Origin: an uncultured Elusimicrobia bacterium
Lineage (GTDB): Bacteria; Elusimicrobiota; Endomicrobiia; DTEH01
DNA: 64,000 nucleotides
Assembly (NCBI GenBank): GCA_964508565.1
Contig: CAZDUB010000006.1
Span: 10,647-74,646 of the forward strand
Direction: 5' to 3'
Shown here: positions 1-10,177 of the stretch, piece by piece
Layout of the letters: every line of letters starts with the position of its first letter
Position numbering within the stretch: position 1 is the stretch's first letter
Notes under the pieces: generated by a model
What the model was told of the DNA's origin: nothing
Database searches by the model: none
The model's input: only the letters and a program-made list of their open reading frames with translations
Translations under genes and position numbers: made by a program

Positions 1-1
1 T

Positions 2-610
2 GGTTCTGGCAAAGGTACTCAAGCACAACTTATTTCTAAAAATTTTGGTATACCGCATATCTCTACAGGAGATATATTTAGAAATATTATTAAAACAAAT
101 AAACCAAAAAAATTAGCAGATATTGTAAACAAATATGTGAAGGAAGGATTATTAGTACCTGACGATATAGTTTTTGAATGTGTAAAAACCGCATTAAAAA
201 ATAATAAAAGTTTTATTTTAGATGGATATCCGAGAAATTTGAATCAAGCGGAACTTTTGGATAAATACTTTGGCAACAATGGAATAAATAAGGTTATTTA
301 TTTTAAAGTTACAGATAAAGAAATAATAAAACGGTTGTCTTCAAGACGGGTGTGCCCAAAATGTGGAAAAGTTTATAATATATATACATTGAAACCTAAA
401 AAAGACAATATCTGTGATATATGTGGTATTAAATTGATAATTAGAGAAGATGATAAAGTTTCGACAATTAAAAAAAGACTAAAAGTTTACAAAAAAGAAA
501 CTCTACCTTTAATAGACTACTATAAAAAGAAAAATTTACTTTTAGAAGTAAAAGCTAACGATACTGTTGAGAATATATATAATAATATTGTTTCAAATAT
601 AATAAAGTGA
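2..610 (+). CDS. adk: Adenylate kinase, 5'-truncated by the window edge
   Basis: Frame from nt 2 reads GSGKGTQA (P-loop) and HISTGDIFR, in frame with track ORF 137..610. Has LDGYPR and a Zn-lid (CPKC...CDIC). Confidence 0.97.
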   Translation, partial: GSGKGTQAQLISKNFGIPHISTGDIFRNIIKTNKPKKLADIVNKYVKEGLLVPDDIVFECVKTALKNNKSFILDGYPRNLNQAELLDKYFGNNGINKVIYFKVTDKEIIKRLSSRRVCPKCGKVYNIYTLKPKKDNICDICGIKLIIREDDKVSTIKKRLKVYKKETLPLIDYYKKKNLLLEVKANDTVENIYNNIVSNIIK

Positions 611-1401
611 TCATAGAAAAAAAAAGTGATAAAGAAATCAAAATTATTAAAGAAGCTGCAGAAATTTTAAGTCAAATTATATTAAAGGCGAAAAAAAGTA
701 TATTAAAATGTAATTCAACACTAGATTTAGAAAATATAATATGTGATACGATAAAAAAATACAATTGTGAGCCTGCTTTTAAAGGTTACAGAGGATATCC
801 AGCTTGCAGTTGTATATCTATAGATGATGAATTAGTACATGGTATTCCTAACAAGAACAAAAAAATAAAAAGAGGGCAAGTTGTTTCTATTGATATAGGA
901 ATAAAGTATAAGAATTTATATGCAGATGCTGCGACAACTGTCTTTTTGGATTCACAAGATATAGATATAGAAAAAAAACAAGAGATAAAAAATTTACTTG
1001 AAGTAGCTTATCAATCAATATATAATGTTTTACCTTATATAAAAGATGGTGTGAGAACCGGAGATGTAGGATTTCATATTCAAAGATTTGTAGAGTCTAA
1101 AGGTTATAATGTAATTAGAGAATATGTGGGTCATGCTATAGGTAGAGAGCTTCATGAAAAACCCGATATACCTAATTTTGGGAATCCTGGAGAAGGATTA
1201 AGAATTTTGTCCAACACTGTTATTTGTGTAGAACCTATGGTAAGTATCGGTGATTGGCATACAGTTGTAGATAAAGATGGGTGGACTGTAAGAATGAAAG
1301 ATGGTAAGTTGTGTGCTCATTTTGAACACATGATTTTAGTTAGAGAACAAGATTCTCAAATATTAACTGATCACGAAGCAATTAAACCAGAGATCATCTG
1401 A
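607..1401 (+). CDS. map: Methionine aminopeptidase type I
   Basis: [25 protein letters not shown] and AHFEHMI motifs; adk-map-infA synteny. Confidence 0.96.
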   Translation: MIIEKKSDKEIKIIKEAAEILSQIILKAKKSILKCNSTLDLENIICDTIKKYNCEPAFKGYRGYPACSCISIDDELVHGIPNKNKKIKRGQVVSIDIGIKYKNLYADAATTVFLDSQDIDIEKKQEIKNLLEVAYQSIYNVLPYIKDGVRTGDVGFHIQRFVESKGYNVIREYVGHAIGRELHEKPDIPNFGNPGEGLRILSNTVICVEPMVSIGDWHTVVDKDGWTVRMKDGKLCAHFEHMILVREQDSQILTDHEAIKPEII

Positions 1402-1408
1402 AATATCT

Positions 1409-1657
1409 ATGGCAAAAGAGAGAGATGACAAAATAGTTACAGAAGGTACAATAGTTGAAGTTTTACCTGCGACAATGTTTAGAGTAAGAGTGGACAATAC
1501 CGGACATATAGTATTGGCGCACCTTTCTGGTAAAATGAGATTAAATTTTATAAAACTTGTTGTAGGTGACAGAGTTAAAATAGAAATGTCACCTTATGAT
1601 TTAACGAAAGCAAGAATAGTATATAGAATAACGGGTAAAAAAAATGAAAGTACGTAG
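1409..1657 (+). CDS. infA: Translation initiation factor IF-1
   Basis: EGTIVEVLP...[38 protein letters not shown]. Confidence 0.97.
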   Translation: MAKERDDKIVTEGTIVEVLPATMFRVRVDNTGHIVLAHLSGKMRLNFIKLVVGDRVKIEMSPYDLTKARIVYRITGKKNEST

Positions 1658-1757
1658 TTCAGTAAAAAAAATATGTAAAAATTGTAAAATCATAAAAAGA
1701 AAAAAAAATATATTGGTTATTTGCTCTGATCCAAGACATAAACAAAAACAAGGCTAA
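1644..1757 (+). CDS. rpmJ: 50S ribosomal protein L36 (37 aa, Zn-binding form); not in the ORF track
   Basis: Hand translation [37 protein letters not shown], with C11/C14/C27/H32; lies between infA and rpsM. Confidence 0.97.
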   Translation: MKVRSSVKKICKNCKIIKRKKNILVICSDPRHKQKQG

Positions 1758-1805
1758 ATATTTTTGGATGCTGGAATAAATTTATAAATATAGGAGGATA
1801 CTAAG

Positions 1806-2213
1806 ATGGTACGTATTGCTGGTGTTAATTTGCCAAGCAATAAAAGAATAGACATAGCTTTAAGTTATATATATGGCATAGGCAGAAGTTTAGCTAAAAA
1901 AATTTTGGAAGCTACTAATATAGATGGTTCAATAAGAACAAAAGATTTAACAGAAGAACAAGTTGCAATTTTAAATAAGTATATAGAAGAGAATTTGAAA
2001 GTAGAAGGTGACCTTAGGTTAGAAGTTCAACAAAATATAAAACGCTATATAGATATCCAATGTTATAGAGGGATGCGTCATAGAAGAAATCTTCCTGTGC
2101 ATGGACAGCGTACCAGAACCAATGCAAGGACTCGTCGTGGGCCGAGGAAAACTGTGGGTTCTGTAAGTGCCGCAACTAAAAAGAAAATGGCACAACAAGA
2201 TAAGAAAAAATAA
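1806..2213 (+). CDS. rpsM: 30S ribosomal protein S13
   Basis: [33 protein letters not shown]; AGGAGG RBS upstream. Confidence 0.98.
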   Translation: MVRIAGVNLPSNKRIDIALSYIYGIGRSLAKKILEATNIDGSIRTKDLTEEQVAILNKYIEENLKVEGDLRLEVQQNIKRYIDIQCYRGMRHRRNLPVHGQRTRTNARTRRGPRKTVGSVSAATKKKMAQQDKKK

Positions 2214-2238
2214 ATAATTAAAAAAGGGTTTATTTACT

Positions 2239-2607
2239 ATGAAAAAAGAAAAACGTCTAACAGAACCAGTAGGAAGAGTATATATAAAAGCAACTTTTAA
2301 TAACACTATAGTGACTATTACTGATACTAAAGGTAATACAATTTGTAGTAGTTCTGCTGGTAGTAGTGGTTTTAAAGGTACAAAAAAAGGTACTCCTTTT
2401 GCAGCACAAATAGCTGCACAAAATGCAGCCAAACGTGCTGTAGAACTTGGATTAAAATATGTTTCTGTTTATGTTAAAGGTCCTGGACCAGGTCGCGATT
2501 TAGCTATAAGAGCATTACAAACTGCTGGGTTAACAGTAACTGCTATTTATGATATTACTCCTATTCCACATAATGGTTGTAGGCCAAGGAAACTCAGAAG
2601 AGTATAA
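2239..2607 (+). CDS. rpsK: 30S ribosomal protein S11
   Basis: [37 protein letters not shown]. Confidence 0.98.
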   Translation: MKKEKRLTEPVGRVYIKATFNNTIVTITDTKGNTICSSSAGSSGFKGTKKGTPFAAQIAAQNAAKRAVELGLKYVSVYVKGPGPGRDLAIRALQTAGLTVTAIYDITPIPHNGCRPRKLRRV

Positions 2608-2638
2608 AAAATTAACATTTTAGGAGGTATAGCAATTT

Positions 2639-3265
2639 ATGGGACGTTATTTAGGAGCCACCTGTAGAATTTGTCGTAGGGAAGGCCAAAAATTGATGTT
2701 AAAAGGGGAGAAGTGTTTATCTCAAAAATGTCCTATTGAGAAAAATAGGAAGTACCCTCCAGGACAACATGGTAGAAAACCTGTTAAACTTACTGAATAT
2801 GGTAAAAGATTAAGAGAGAAACAAAAGTTAAAACATATGGCTGGTATAACTGAAAGACAATTAAAAAATTATTTTGAAATTGCGAGAAGACAAAAAGGTT
2901 TAGTTGGCGATAACTTATTAAAGTTAATAGAGAGACGACTTGACAACGTTGTTTATCAGATAGGTTTTGCACCTTCTAGAAAAGCTGCAAGACAACTAGT
3001 TAGTCATAAAAACATTCTTGTAAATGATAAAATTGTAAATATTCCGTCATATTTAGTAAAAGTTGGTGATAAGATAAAGCTAAAGGACTATTTAAAAGAA
3101 AATATATATGTTCAAAAAAGCTTAGATTTAAAAGGTGGTAAAGTTCCAGGTTGGATAAAATATAATCCTGAAGAATTAACAGCAGAAATAATTAGATTAC
3201 CTTCTAGAGAAGAAATTTCTTTTCCAGTAAATGAAACTTTAATTGTAGAATTTTATTCTAGATAA
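2639..3265 (+). CDS. rpsD: 30S ribosomal protein S4 (Cys-containing N-terminus)
   Basis: MGRYLGATCRICRREG, YPPGQHG, LREKQK, ERRLDNVV, NETLIVEFYSR. Confidence 0.98.
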   Translation: MGRYLGATCRICRREGQKLMLKGEKCLSQKCPIEKNRKYPPGQHGRKPVKLTEYGKRLREKQKLKHMAGITERQLKNYFEIARRQKGLVGDNLLKLIERRLDNVVYQIGFAPSRKAARQLVSHKNILVNDKIVNIPSYLVKVGDKIKLKDYLKENIYVQKSLDLKGGKVPGWIKYNPEELTAEIIRLPSREEISFPVNETLIVEFYSR

Positions 3266-3276
3266 GGGGAAAAGAT

Positions 3277-4272
3277 ATGGAAAAATTGCTTTTACCAACA
3301 GAATTTGAAGATATTACAGATGAATCAAAAAGAAAAAATAAATATGGATATGAGGTATATGGTAAATTTGCTATATATCCTTTTGAAAGAGGATTCGGTC
3401 ATACTATAGGTAACTCTTTAAGAAGAATACTTCTCTCAAGTATTGAAGGGGCAGCTATTACAAGTTGCAGAATTAATAATGTTTTGCATGAATTCAGCGA
3501 AATTCCAGGTGTTAAAGAAGATGTTATATATATATTAATGAATCTTAAAAAAATAAGATTTAAAGTATATGGGGATCATCCTGAAAAAATAAAATTATCT
3601 GTATCAGGAAAAGAAAAAAGTATTGTTGTAGCTGGCGATTTTCAAACCTCGCATAATGTAGAAATAGTAAATAAAGACGAATACATTGCAACGATAGATG
3701 AGAGGGGATTGTTAGAAATAGAATGTGAAGTTAAAAAAGGACGAGGATATGTTTTGAAAGAGCAAAATCAAACAGAAAATGCGCCTATTGGTACTCTGTT
3801 TGTTGATAGTATGTTTTCACCAATTATTAAAGTAAACTACGAAGTTGAATCAGTACGTGTAGGAGAAAAAACTGATAAAGATAAACTTATTATGGAAGTT
3901 TGGACAGATGGTACCATTTCTCCGAAAGATAGCATAATTTATGCTGCTAATATATTAAGAGAAAATCTAAAAGTTTTCTTTATAAAATCAGCAATAGAGT
4001 CAGCTTTATTAATGTCAGAGAAAAAAGAAAGTGAAATGAGTGAACAAGAGATGCTGAGATTAAAAAACTTGTTTTCTCAACCTATAGAAAATTTAGGCTT
4101 GTCTAACAGGCCAAAAAATTGTTTAAAAGAAAATAATATAGAGACTATAGGTCAACTTGTTCAAATGACAGAAGAACAACTTAAAATGTTAAGAAATTTA
4201 GGAGAAAAATCTTTAGAGGAAATAAAACAAAAACTTAAAGAAAATAATCTAAGTTTGGGGATGAAACTATGA
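3277..4272 (+). CDS. rpoA: RNA polymerase alpha subunit
   Basis: PFERGFGHTIGNSLRRILLSSIEGAAIT, IPGVKEDV, TDGTISP, C-terminal RNLGEKSLEEI. Confidence 0.98.
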   Translation: MEKLLLPTEFEDITDESKRKNKYGYEVYGKFAIYPFERGFGHTIGNSLRRILLSSIEGAAITSCRINNVLHEFSEIPGVKEDVIYILMNLKKIRFKVYGDHPEKIKLSVSGKEKSIVVAGDFQTSHNVEIVNKDEYIATIDERGLLEIECEVKKGRGYVLKEQNQTENAPIGTLFVDSMFSPIIKVNYEVESVRVGEKTDKDKLIMEVWTDGTISPKDSIIYAANILRENLKVFFIKSAIESALLMSEKKESEMSEQEMLRLKNLFSQPIENLGLSNRPKNCLKENNIETIGQLVQMTEEQLKMLRNLGEKSLEEIKQKLKENNLSLGMKL

Positions 4273-4625
4273 TAAAAAATGTATATAGAAGAAAACTAAA
4301 TCGTACATCTTCTCACAGAAAAGCAACATTAAGAAACCTTGTAGGTAACTTAATAAAATATGAAAGTATAAAAACAACAAAAGCAAAAGCGAAAGAACTT
4401 AGGTGGTTTATTGAAAAACTAATATCTAAAATAAAGAATACAAAAGAGTTATTCAATAAATATAGGATTGCTAATAGTGTACTATTTTCTAAAAAGTTAA
4501 GTGAGAAATTAATAAAAGTTATAATCCCAAGATACGAGAATATTAATTCTGGATATGTCAAATTAGCTACTTTAGGAAGACGAAAAGGCGATAATGCTGA
4601 AATGAGTATAATAAAATTTAAATAA
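4269..4625 (+). CDS. rplQ: 50S ribosomal protein L17
   Basis: [34 protein letters not shown]; follows rpoA. Confidence 0.95.
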   Translation: MIKNVYRRKLNRTSSHRKATLRNLVGNLIKYESIKTTKAKAKELRWFIEKLISKIKNTKELFNKYRIANSVLFSKKLSEKLIKVIIPRYENINSGYVKLATLGRRKGDNAEMSIIKFK

Positions 4626-4639
4626 CAATAGGAGAGGAT

Positions 4640-5665
4640 ATGTTTGATTTCTTATTTAAACTTTTTTCAAACGATATGGGGATGGACCTTGGTACAGCAA
4701 CTGTTTTGGTGTATGTTAAAGGACAGGGGATAGTCTTGTGTGAACCTTCTGTTGTAGCTATAGATAAAGAGACACAGGAAATATTAGCTATAGGATTAGA
4801 AGCTAAGCGTATGTTGGGCAAAACACCAGCTAATATTGTAGCAGTAAGGCCGTTACGCAACGGCGTTATAGCAAATTTTGATATTACGGAAAAAATGATT
4901 AGATACTTTATACAAAAAGTTCACAACAAAAAAACTTTACTTCATCCTAGGATTGTAATTGGAATTCCCTCAGGTATTACAGAGGTTGAGAAAAGAGCTG
5001 TTAGGGAGTCAGCAGCACAGGCAGGTGCAAGAGAAATATATTTGATTGAAGAACCTATGGCAGCAGCTATAGGCGCAGGGATAGAAATAAACCAACCACG
5101 TGGAAGTATGATTGTGGACATTGGTGGAGGGACTACAGAAGTAGGAGTGATATCTTTAGGTGGTATGGTTGTAAGTAAATCAATTGACATAGCAGGAGAC
5201 GAACTTGATGAAGCTATAATTCAATATTTTAGAAGGAGATATAATCTTTTTATTGGTGAAAATACAGCTGAAGAAATAAAAATAAGAATTGGTTCTGTTT
5301 TTCCATTAGAAGAAGAACTTTCTATGGAAGTAAAAGGTAGAGATCAGGTTACAGGCTTACCAAAAACAATAGTAGTAACTTCTGAAGAGATAAGAGCTGC
5401 CCTTATGGAACCTGTATCTTCTATTATAAGTTTAATAAAAAGTGCACTTGAAGAAACACCTGCTGAGCTTGCTGCAGACTTAGTAGAGACAGGAATAACA
5501 TTGGCAGGTGGTGGTGCACTACTTCGTGGTATAGATAAGTTAATAACAAAAGAAACAGGTCTGCCCACAAGAATAGCAGATGACCCTATCACATGTGTGG
5601 TGCGTGGAACAGGTAAATATTTGGAAGAAATAGATCATATTAAAAGAAAAAAAATGTTTAAATGA
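4640..5665 (+). CDS. mreB: Rod shape-determining actin homologue MreB
   Basis: [38 protein letters not shown]. Confidence 0.98.
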   Translation: MFDFLFKLFSNDMGMDLGTATVLVYVKGQGIVLCEPSVVAIDKETQEILAIGLEAKRMLGKTPANIVAVRPLRNGVIANFDITEKMIRYFIQKVHNKKTLLHPRIVIGIPSGITEVEKRAVRESAAQAGAREIYLIEEPMAAAIGAGIEINQPRGSMIVDIGGGTTEVGVISLGGMVVSKSIDIAGDELDEAIIQYFRRRYNLFIGENTAEEIKIRIGSVFPLEEELSMEVKGRDQVTGLPKTIVVTSEEIRAALMEPVSSIISLIKSALEETPAELAADLVETGITLAGGGALLRGIDKLITKETGLPTRIADDPITCVVRGTGKYLEEIDHIKRKKMFK

Positions 5666-6492
5666 GTTTTAAAGAGTTTTTAGATAAGAACCATCCAACT
5701 ATTTTTTATATCTTTTCTTTAACTTTTTCAATAATATTCTTATCAATACAACTTGTAACTTATTATGTATCTACATTTAGAAGTTTTTTTTTATATTTTT
5801 TTTCTTATACTTATAGGCCTATATACAATATTATCAATTATCCTTTAGAAGTTACAAACAGGTTTGTACAAATACCATATTTGTATGAAGAAAATCTTCA
5901 TCTTAAAAAAGTGTTGTGGAATTTTTATTCTTACAAGATTTCATATGACAAGATTTTTGAGAATTTTAGACAATTAGAAATTTATAACGATGTTAAGTCA
6001 TTTAAAAAATATGATTTTTGTCTAAGTACAGTTATAAACAGAAATTATGAAACATGGTTTAATGAACTTACGATTGAAATTTTAAACAAAGAAACTAAAA
6101 TAAAAGAGGACATGCCAGTTGTAGTTTATGTAAAACCTGACAAATTCTTTTTTGTTGGAAGAATATGGAGTGTAAATAACAATGTTGCTAAGGTTTTGTT
6201 GATTACAAATTCTTTAAGTATGATACCTGCAAAAATAAAAGATAAAGAAATCTATGGAGTAGCTATTGGAAATTCTTCATCTGATGTGTTATTTATGGAT
6301 TATATTCTTTTAGAAGATGATGTAAGAATTGGTGATGTTGTTGTTACAAATGGAATTAACAATATACCTTTAGGTATAGAAATAGGTAGAGTTATTGACA
6401 TTCAGTTGTCAGAAACTGGTTTTAAAAAAGCAGTTGTTAAATTAGATTATAACATAAATGCTCTTAAAAATTTGTTGATAATTGCCAATTAA
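5662..6492 (+). CDS. mreC: Rod shape-determining protein MreC
   Basis: N-terminal TM segment, LYEEN coiled coil, VGRI and [18 protein letters not shown]; position after mreB. Confidence 0.88.
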   Translation: MSFKEFLDKNHPTIFYIFSLTFSIIFLSIQLVTYYVSTFRSFFLYFFSYTYRPIYNIINYPLEVTNRFVQIPYLYEENLHLKKVLWNFYSYKISYDKIFENFRQLEIYNDVKSFKKYDFCLSTVINRNYETWFNELTIEILNKETKIKEDMPVVVYVKPDKFFFVGRIWSVNNNVAKVLLITNSLSMIPAKIKDKEIYGVAIGNSSSDVLFMDYILLEDDVRIGDVVVTNGINNIPLGIEIGRVIDIQLSETGFKKAVVKLDYNINALKNLLIIAN

Positions 6493-6501
6493 TAAAAAGT
6501 T

Positions 6502-6990
6502 ATGAAAATGTATAAAGTTGTTATATTTATAACAGTTGTCTTTTTTATTTTAGTGTTTGAAATAATATTTAAAAACATATTACCTTTTTATATACAGCCT
6601 AATTTATGGCTATCATATATTGTTTTTCTTGCCTTATTTATGTCTCACACAGAAGCAGTAACAGGGGGGTTTTTTTTAGGTATTATATATGACACTCTAC
6701 ATCTTACAGTTTTTGGAGTTAATATATTGTTATTTTCTACTATTGGATATATTATGGGTTGGTTTAACAAAAAAATAAACGAAAAATTGTCAAAAGTTCA
6801 AATTTTAACATTGTTTATTGGTAATATGATTTATTATTTAATTATGTTCGTTTTAGTTATCTTTAATGTATGCAATTATAATTTAAGTATCCTAAAGATA
6901 TTATATTCAACCTTGTTGACTGTATTGATAGGATATTTTGAATTGCAAATTTTATACAAATATTATAAAATGAACTCTCTTATATCGTAA
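6502..6990 (+). CDS. mreD: Rod shape-determining protein MreD
   Basis: Hydrophobic 162 aa, QPNL and GFFLGIIYD..FGVN motifs; between mreC and mrdA. Confidence 0.88.
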   Translation: MKMYKVVIFITVVFFILVFEIIFKNILPFYIQPNLWLSYIVFLALFMSHTEAVTGGFFLGIIYDTLHLTVFGVNILLFSTIGYIMGWFNKKINEKLSKVQILTLFIGNMIYYLIMFVLVIFNVCNYNLSILKILYSTLLTVLIGYFELQILYKYYKMNSLIS

Positions 6991-6995
6991 GAAAA

Positions 6996-8816
6996 ATGGA
7001 TTGGGAAAACATACCTTATTTTATAAGAAGACAATTCCTTAATACTTCTAAAAAGATACAATATATATTGATTGGTTCATTTTTATTTATTTATGCTGTT
7101 TTGATTTATTATCAAGTAATTAGAGGAGGTTATTATTATAATCTTTCAGAAAAAAACAGGTTAAGGATGTTTGTTATAAATGCTCCTCGTGGAGTTATTT
7201 ACGACTTTAATAACGAAGTTATAGCAGATAATCGTCCTTCTATAAATGTTTATTACTATCCAGTAAAAGCACCTTCGGATCAAGAAATTAATTTAATATT
7301 GAATTTATTTCCCTCTGTTAAAGACAAAATATATTATGCTTTAAAAACTGGCAAAATTATTCAATTATATACAGATTTAGAAAGAGAAAAATTGTTTTAT
7401 CTTTATTCTTTAAAACACAGAATAAGTAATATTTTTATTTCAACTGAGTTTAAAAGAAAATATCCTTACCAAAATTTATTTTCACATTTAATAGGTTATG
7501 TCGGAAGAATTTCTTATGATGAGTATTTAAGTGTAAAGCATAAAGGGTACTTGTACGAAGATTTGATTGGGAAATCCGGCATTGAAAAATTTTATGAAGA
7601 CCATCTTCGAGGAATTAATGGTGTTTTGCTTATGGAAGTAGATGCAAAGGGAAATCCTACAAAAATTTTAAAAAATGTCCCACCTGAACCAGGCAACAAC
7701 ATTTATACAACTGTTGATTTAGATTTACAAAAAGTAGCCAGAAATGCTTTAATTAAAACTGGCCACAACGGTGCTATTGTAGGTATAGATCCTAGAGATG
7801 GAGCAATTAGAATATTTGTTTCTTTCAAAGATTTTGATCCTAATATGTTTATAAACAAAAGACAAATAGAAAGCGAAATTTTTAATGATCCTAATCTACC
7901 TTTGTTTAATAGAATAACACAAGGGGTATATCCAGCTGGCTCTACATTTAAAATTTTAACAACAATAGCTGCACTTAATAGTGGAAAACATTCTCAAGAT
8001 ATTGAATATTTTTGTCCTGGCAGTTTTAAACTTGGAGAAAAAATTTTTAAATGTTGGGAAAAAAAAGGACATGGAAAAGTTGATTTGTATAATGCAATAA
8101 AATTATCTTGTAATGTTTACTTTATAAATTTAGGTTTAAAGATAGGAATAGATGAGATAGAAAAATATGCTAAAATGTTTCATTTTGGTCAAAAAGTAGG
8201 GATTGATTTGCCATATGAATCTACTGGCATTGTACCTTCAAAAAAATGGAAAAAAGAGAAAACAAAAACAGATTGGTATGAAGGAGATACAGCATCTGTA
8301 AGTATAGGCCAAGGATATCTTAGTGTAACACCTTTACAGCTTGCTTTGTTTGCCTCAATTATTGCAAATAAAGGAGAAGTATACTTACCATATATAGTTT
8401 CAAAAATTGTTGACCACGAGGGGAATATTTTATATGTTCATACTCCTGTTAAAAAAGAGATAAAAGAAATAAAACCTGAGATATGGGACTTTATACACAA
8501 GGCTATGAAATCGGTTGTAGATAGTGGGACTGGTATAGCTGCAAAAATACCAGGATGTGATTTAGCTGGTAAAACAGGGACAGCACAAAATCCTCATGGG
8601 AAAGACCATGCCTGGTTTATATGTTTTGGACCTTTAGAAGAAGGAAAAACTCCTGAGTTAGCATTAGCTATTTTAGTAGAACATGGAGGAACTGGTGGGG
8701 GAGTTGCAGCACCAATTGCAAGAGAAATTTTTAAGTGTTATTTAGAGAAGTCAAAAAAAATTAAAATGGACCTTCCAAGTCAACAAATAATTAAAGCAGA
8801 AGAGTATGGAGACTAA
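6996..8816 (+). CDS. mrdA: Penicillin-binding protein 2
   Basis: APRGVIYD, GKSGIE, SxxK (STFK), SxN (SCN), KTGT. Confidence 0.96.
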   Translation: MDWENIPYFIRRQFLNTSKKIQYILIGSFLFIYAVLIYYQVIRGGYYYNLSEKNRLRMFVINAPRGVIYDFNNEVIADNRPSINVYYYPVKAPSDQEINLILNLFPSVKDKIYYALKTGKIIQLYTDLEREKLFYLYSLKHRISNIFISTEFKRKYPYQNLFSHLIGYVGRISYDEYLSVKHKGYLYEDLIGKSGIEKFYEDHLRGINGVLLMEVDAKGNPTKILKNVPPEPGNNIYTTVDLDLQKVARNALIKTGHNGAIVGIDPRDGAIRIFVSFKDFDPNMFINKRQIESEIFNDPNLPLFNRITQGVYPAGSTFKILTTIAALNSGKHSQDIEYFCPGSFKLGEKIFKCWEKKGHGKVDLYNAIKLSCNVYFINLGLKIGIDEIEKYAKMFHFGQKVGIDLPYESTGIVPSKKWKKEKTKTDWYEGDTASVSIGQGYLSVTPLQLALFASIIANKGEVYLPYIVSKIVDHEGNILYVHTPVKKEIKEIKPEIWDFIHKAMKSVVDSGTGIAAKIPGCDLAGKTGTAQNPHGKDHAWFICFGPLEEGKTPELALAILVEHGGTGGGVAAPIAREIFKCYLEKSKKIKMDLPSQQIIKAEEYGD

Positions 8817-10176
8817 AAAGAATTTGAAATTTACTTCTTTAAAACAAGAAGAAAGTATATTAAAACAAATATTTTTCAAAACAAATTGGCAATTAGTTAT
8901 AATTGTTTTTGCATTAACATTGATAGGTTTTATTATGATTTATTCTGCAACTTTTTCTAATTATGGTGCTTCTTATTTGATTAAACAGTTTGTCGCTTTA
9001 ATTATAGGACTATCGTTATTTTTTATGTTTAGTATAATTAATTACCAACTATTTCAAGACTATTATATTTATCTATACTATATTTGTTTGTTTTTATTAG
9101 TAGCAGTCTTATTAATAGGTACAGTGTATAGAAACACGCGTGCTTGGATAGATTTTAAGTTTTTTTCTTTCCAACCTTCAGAAATAGTAAGGATTTTATT
9201 TATATTATTTATATCAGGATTTTTTAGCGATTATCAGAAAAACTCAAAATTTAGTAGATTTTTGTTAGCGTGTATTTATTTTGGAATAATAGCAATACTT
9301 TTACTTTTAGAACCTGATTTTTCTGCGGTAGTGTTATATTTTCCTATACTTGTTGTAATTTTTTATTTAGCAGGAGTCAACAAGATAATGTTAAATTATA
9401 TTTTGTTGTTTAGTATAACAACTATTTTTTTGTTTTTAACAAAAATTTTTTTATTACTTAAACACGAAAGTATAAATTCACATATTTTAAAATTCTTTTA
9501 TTTGTCTATAAATGGAATAAATATTCAGTATTTTTTAGTATTATTTATGATTGCGTTAATTTGTTTTTTGATTTGGTGGATACTTAAAAAATTATTATTT
9601 AGAGTTAATGTATTATTTCTTTTTTTGACAATAATTGTTTTATGGTTTAGCTATACTTGTGTAAGTATTAGTCATAAGTTCATAAGATTATATCAACAAA
9701 AAAGAATTATAGCATTATTAGATCCTTATTTTGATCCATCTGGTAGTGGATATCAGGTAATCCAAACGAAGATTGCTATAGGTAGCGGACGAATTTTTGG
9801 TAAAGGATTATTTAGAGGAACACAAACAAAGCTTGGTTTTGTTCCTGAAAAACATACTGATTTTATTTTTTCTTTAATAAGTGAAGAGTTTGGATTTATA
9901 GGTTCCACATTAACATTGTTATTATATTTGTGGTTAATATTGGAAGGTATAAGAATTTTAAATACTGCAAGAGATTTCTATGGTAGTTTGGTGTCTGCAG
10001 CTATAACTGTGATGTTTTGTTTTTATTTTTTTATAAATGTTGGTATGTGCTTAGGTATTGTGCCTGTAATAGGTATACCTTTGCCATTTATATCATATGG
10101 TGGTTCAAATTTAATTGCTTCGTATTTTGCAGTTGGAATATTGAATTCAATATATATAAGAAGATATATTTATTAA
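8806..10176 (+). CDS. rodA: Rod shape-determining SEDS protein RodA
   Basis: FQPSEI, EPDF, GSGYQVIQTKIAIGSG, PEKHTDFIFS, GIPLPFISYGGS. Confidence 0.95.
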   Translation: METKKNLKFTSLKQEESILKQIFFKTNWQLVIIVFALTLIGFIMIYSATFSNYGASYLIKQFVALIIGLSLFFMFSIINYQLFQDYYIYLYYICLFLLVAVLLIGTVYRNTRAWIDFKFFSFQPSEIVRILFILFISGFFSDYQKNSKFSRFLLACIYFGIIAILLLLEPDFSAVVLYFPILVVIFYLAGVNKIMLNYILLFSITTIFLFLTKIFLLLKHESINSHILKFFYLSINGINIQYFLVLFMIALICFLIWWILKKLLFRVNVLFLFLTIIVLWFSYTCVSISHKFIRLYQQKRIIALLDPYFDPSGSGYQVIQTKIAIGSGRIFGKGLFRGTQTKLGFVPEKHTDFIFSLISEEFGFIGSTLTLLLYLWLILEGIRILNTARDFYGSLVSAAITVMFCFYFFINVGMCLGIVPVIGIPLPFISYGGSNLIASYFAVGILNSIYIRRYIY

Positions 10177-10177
10177 T

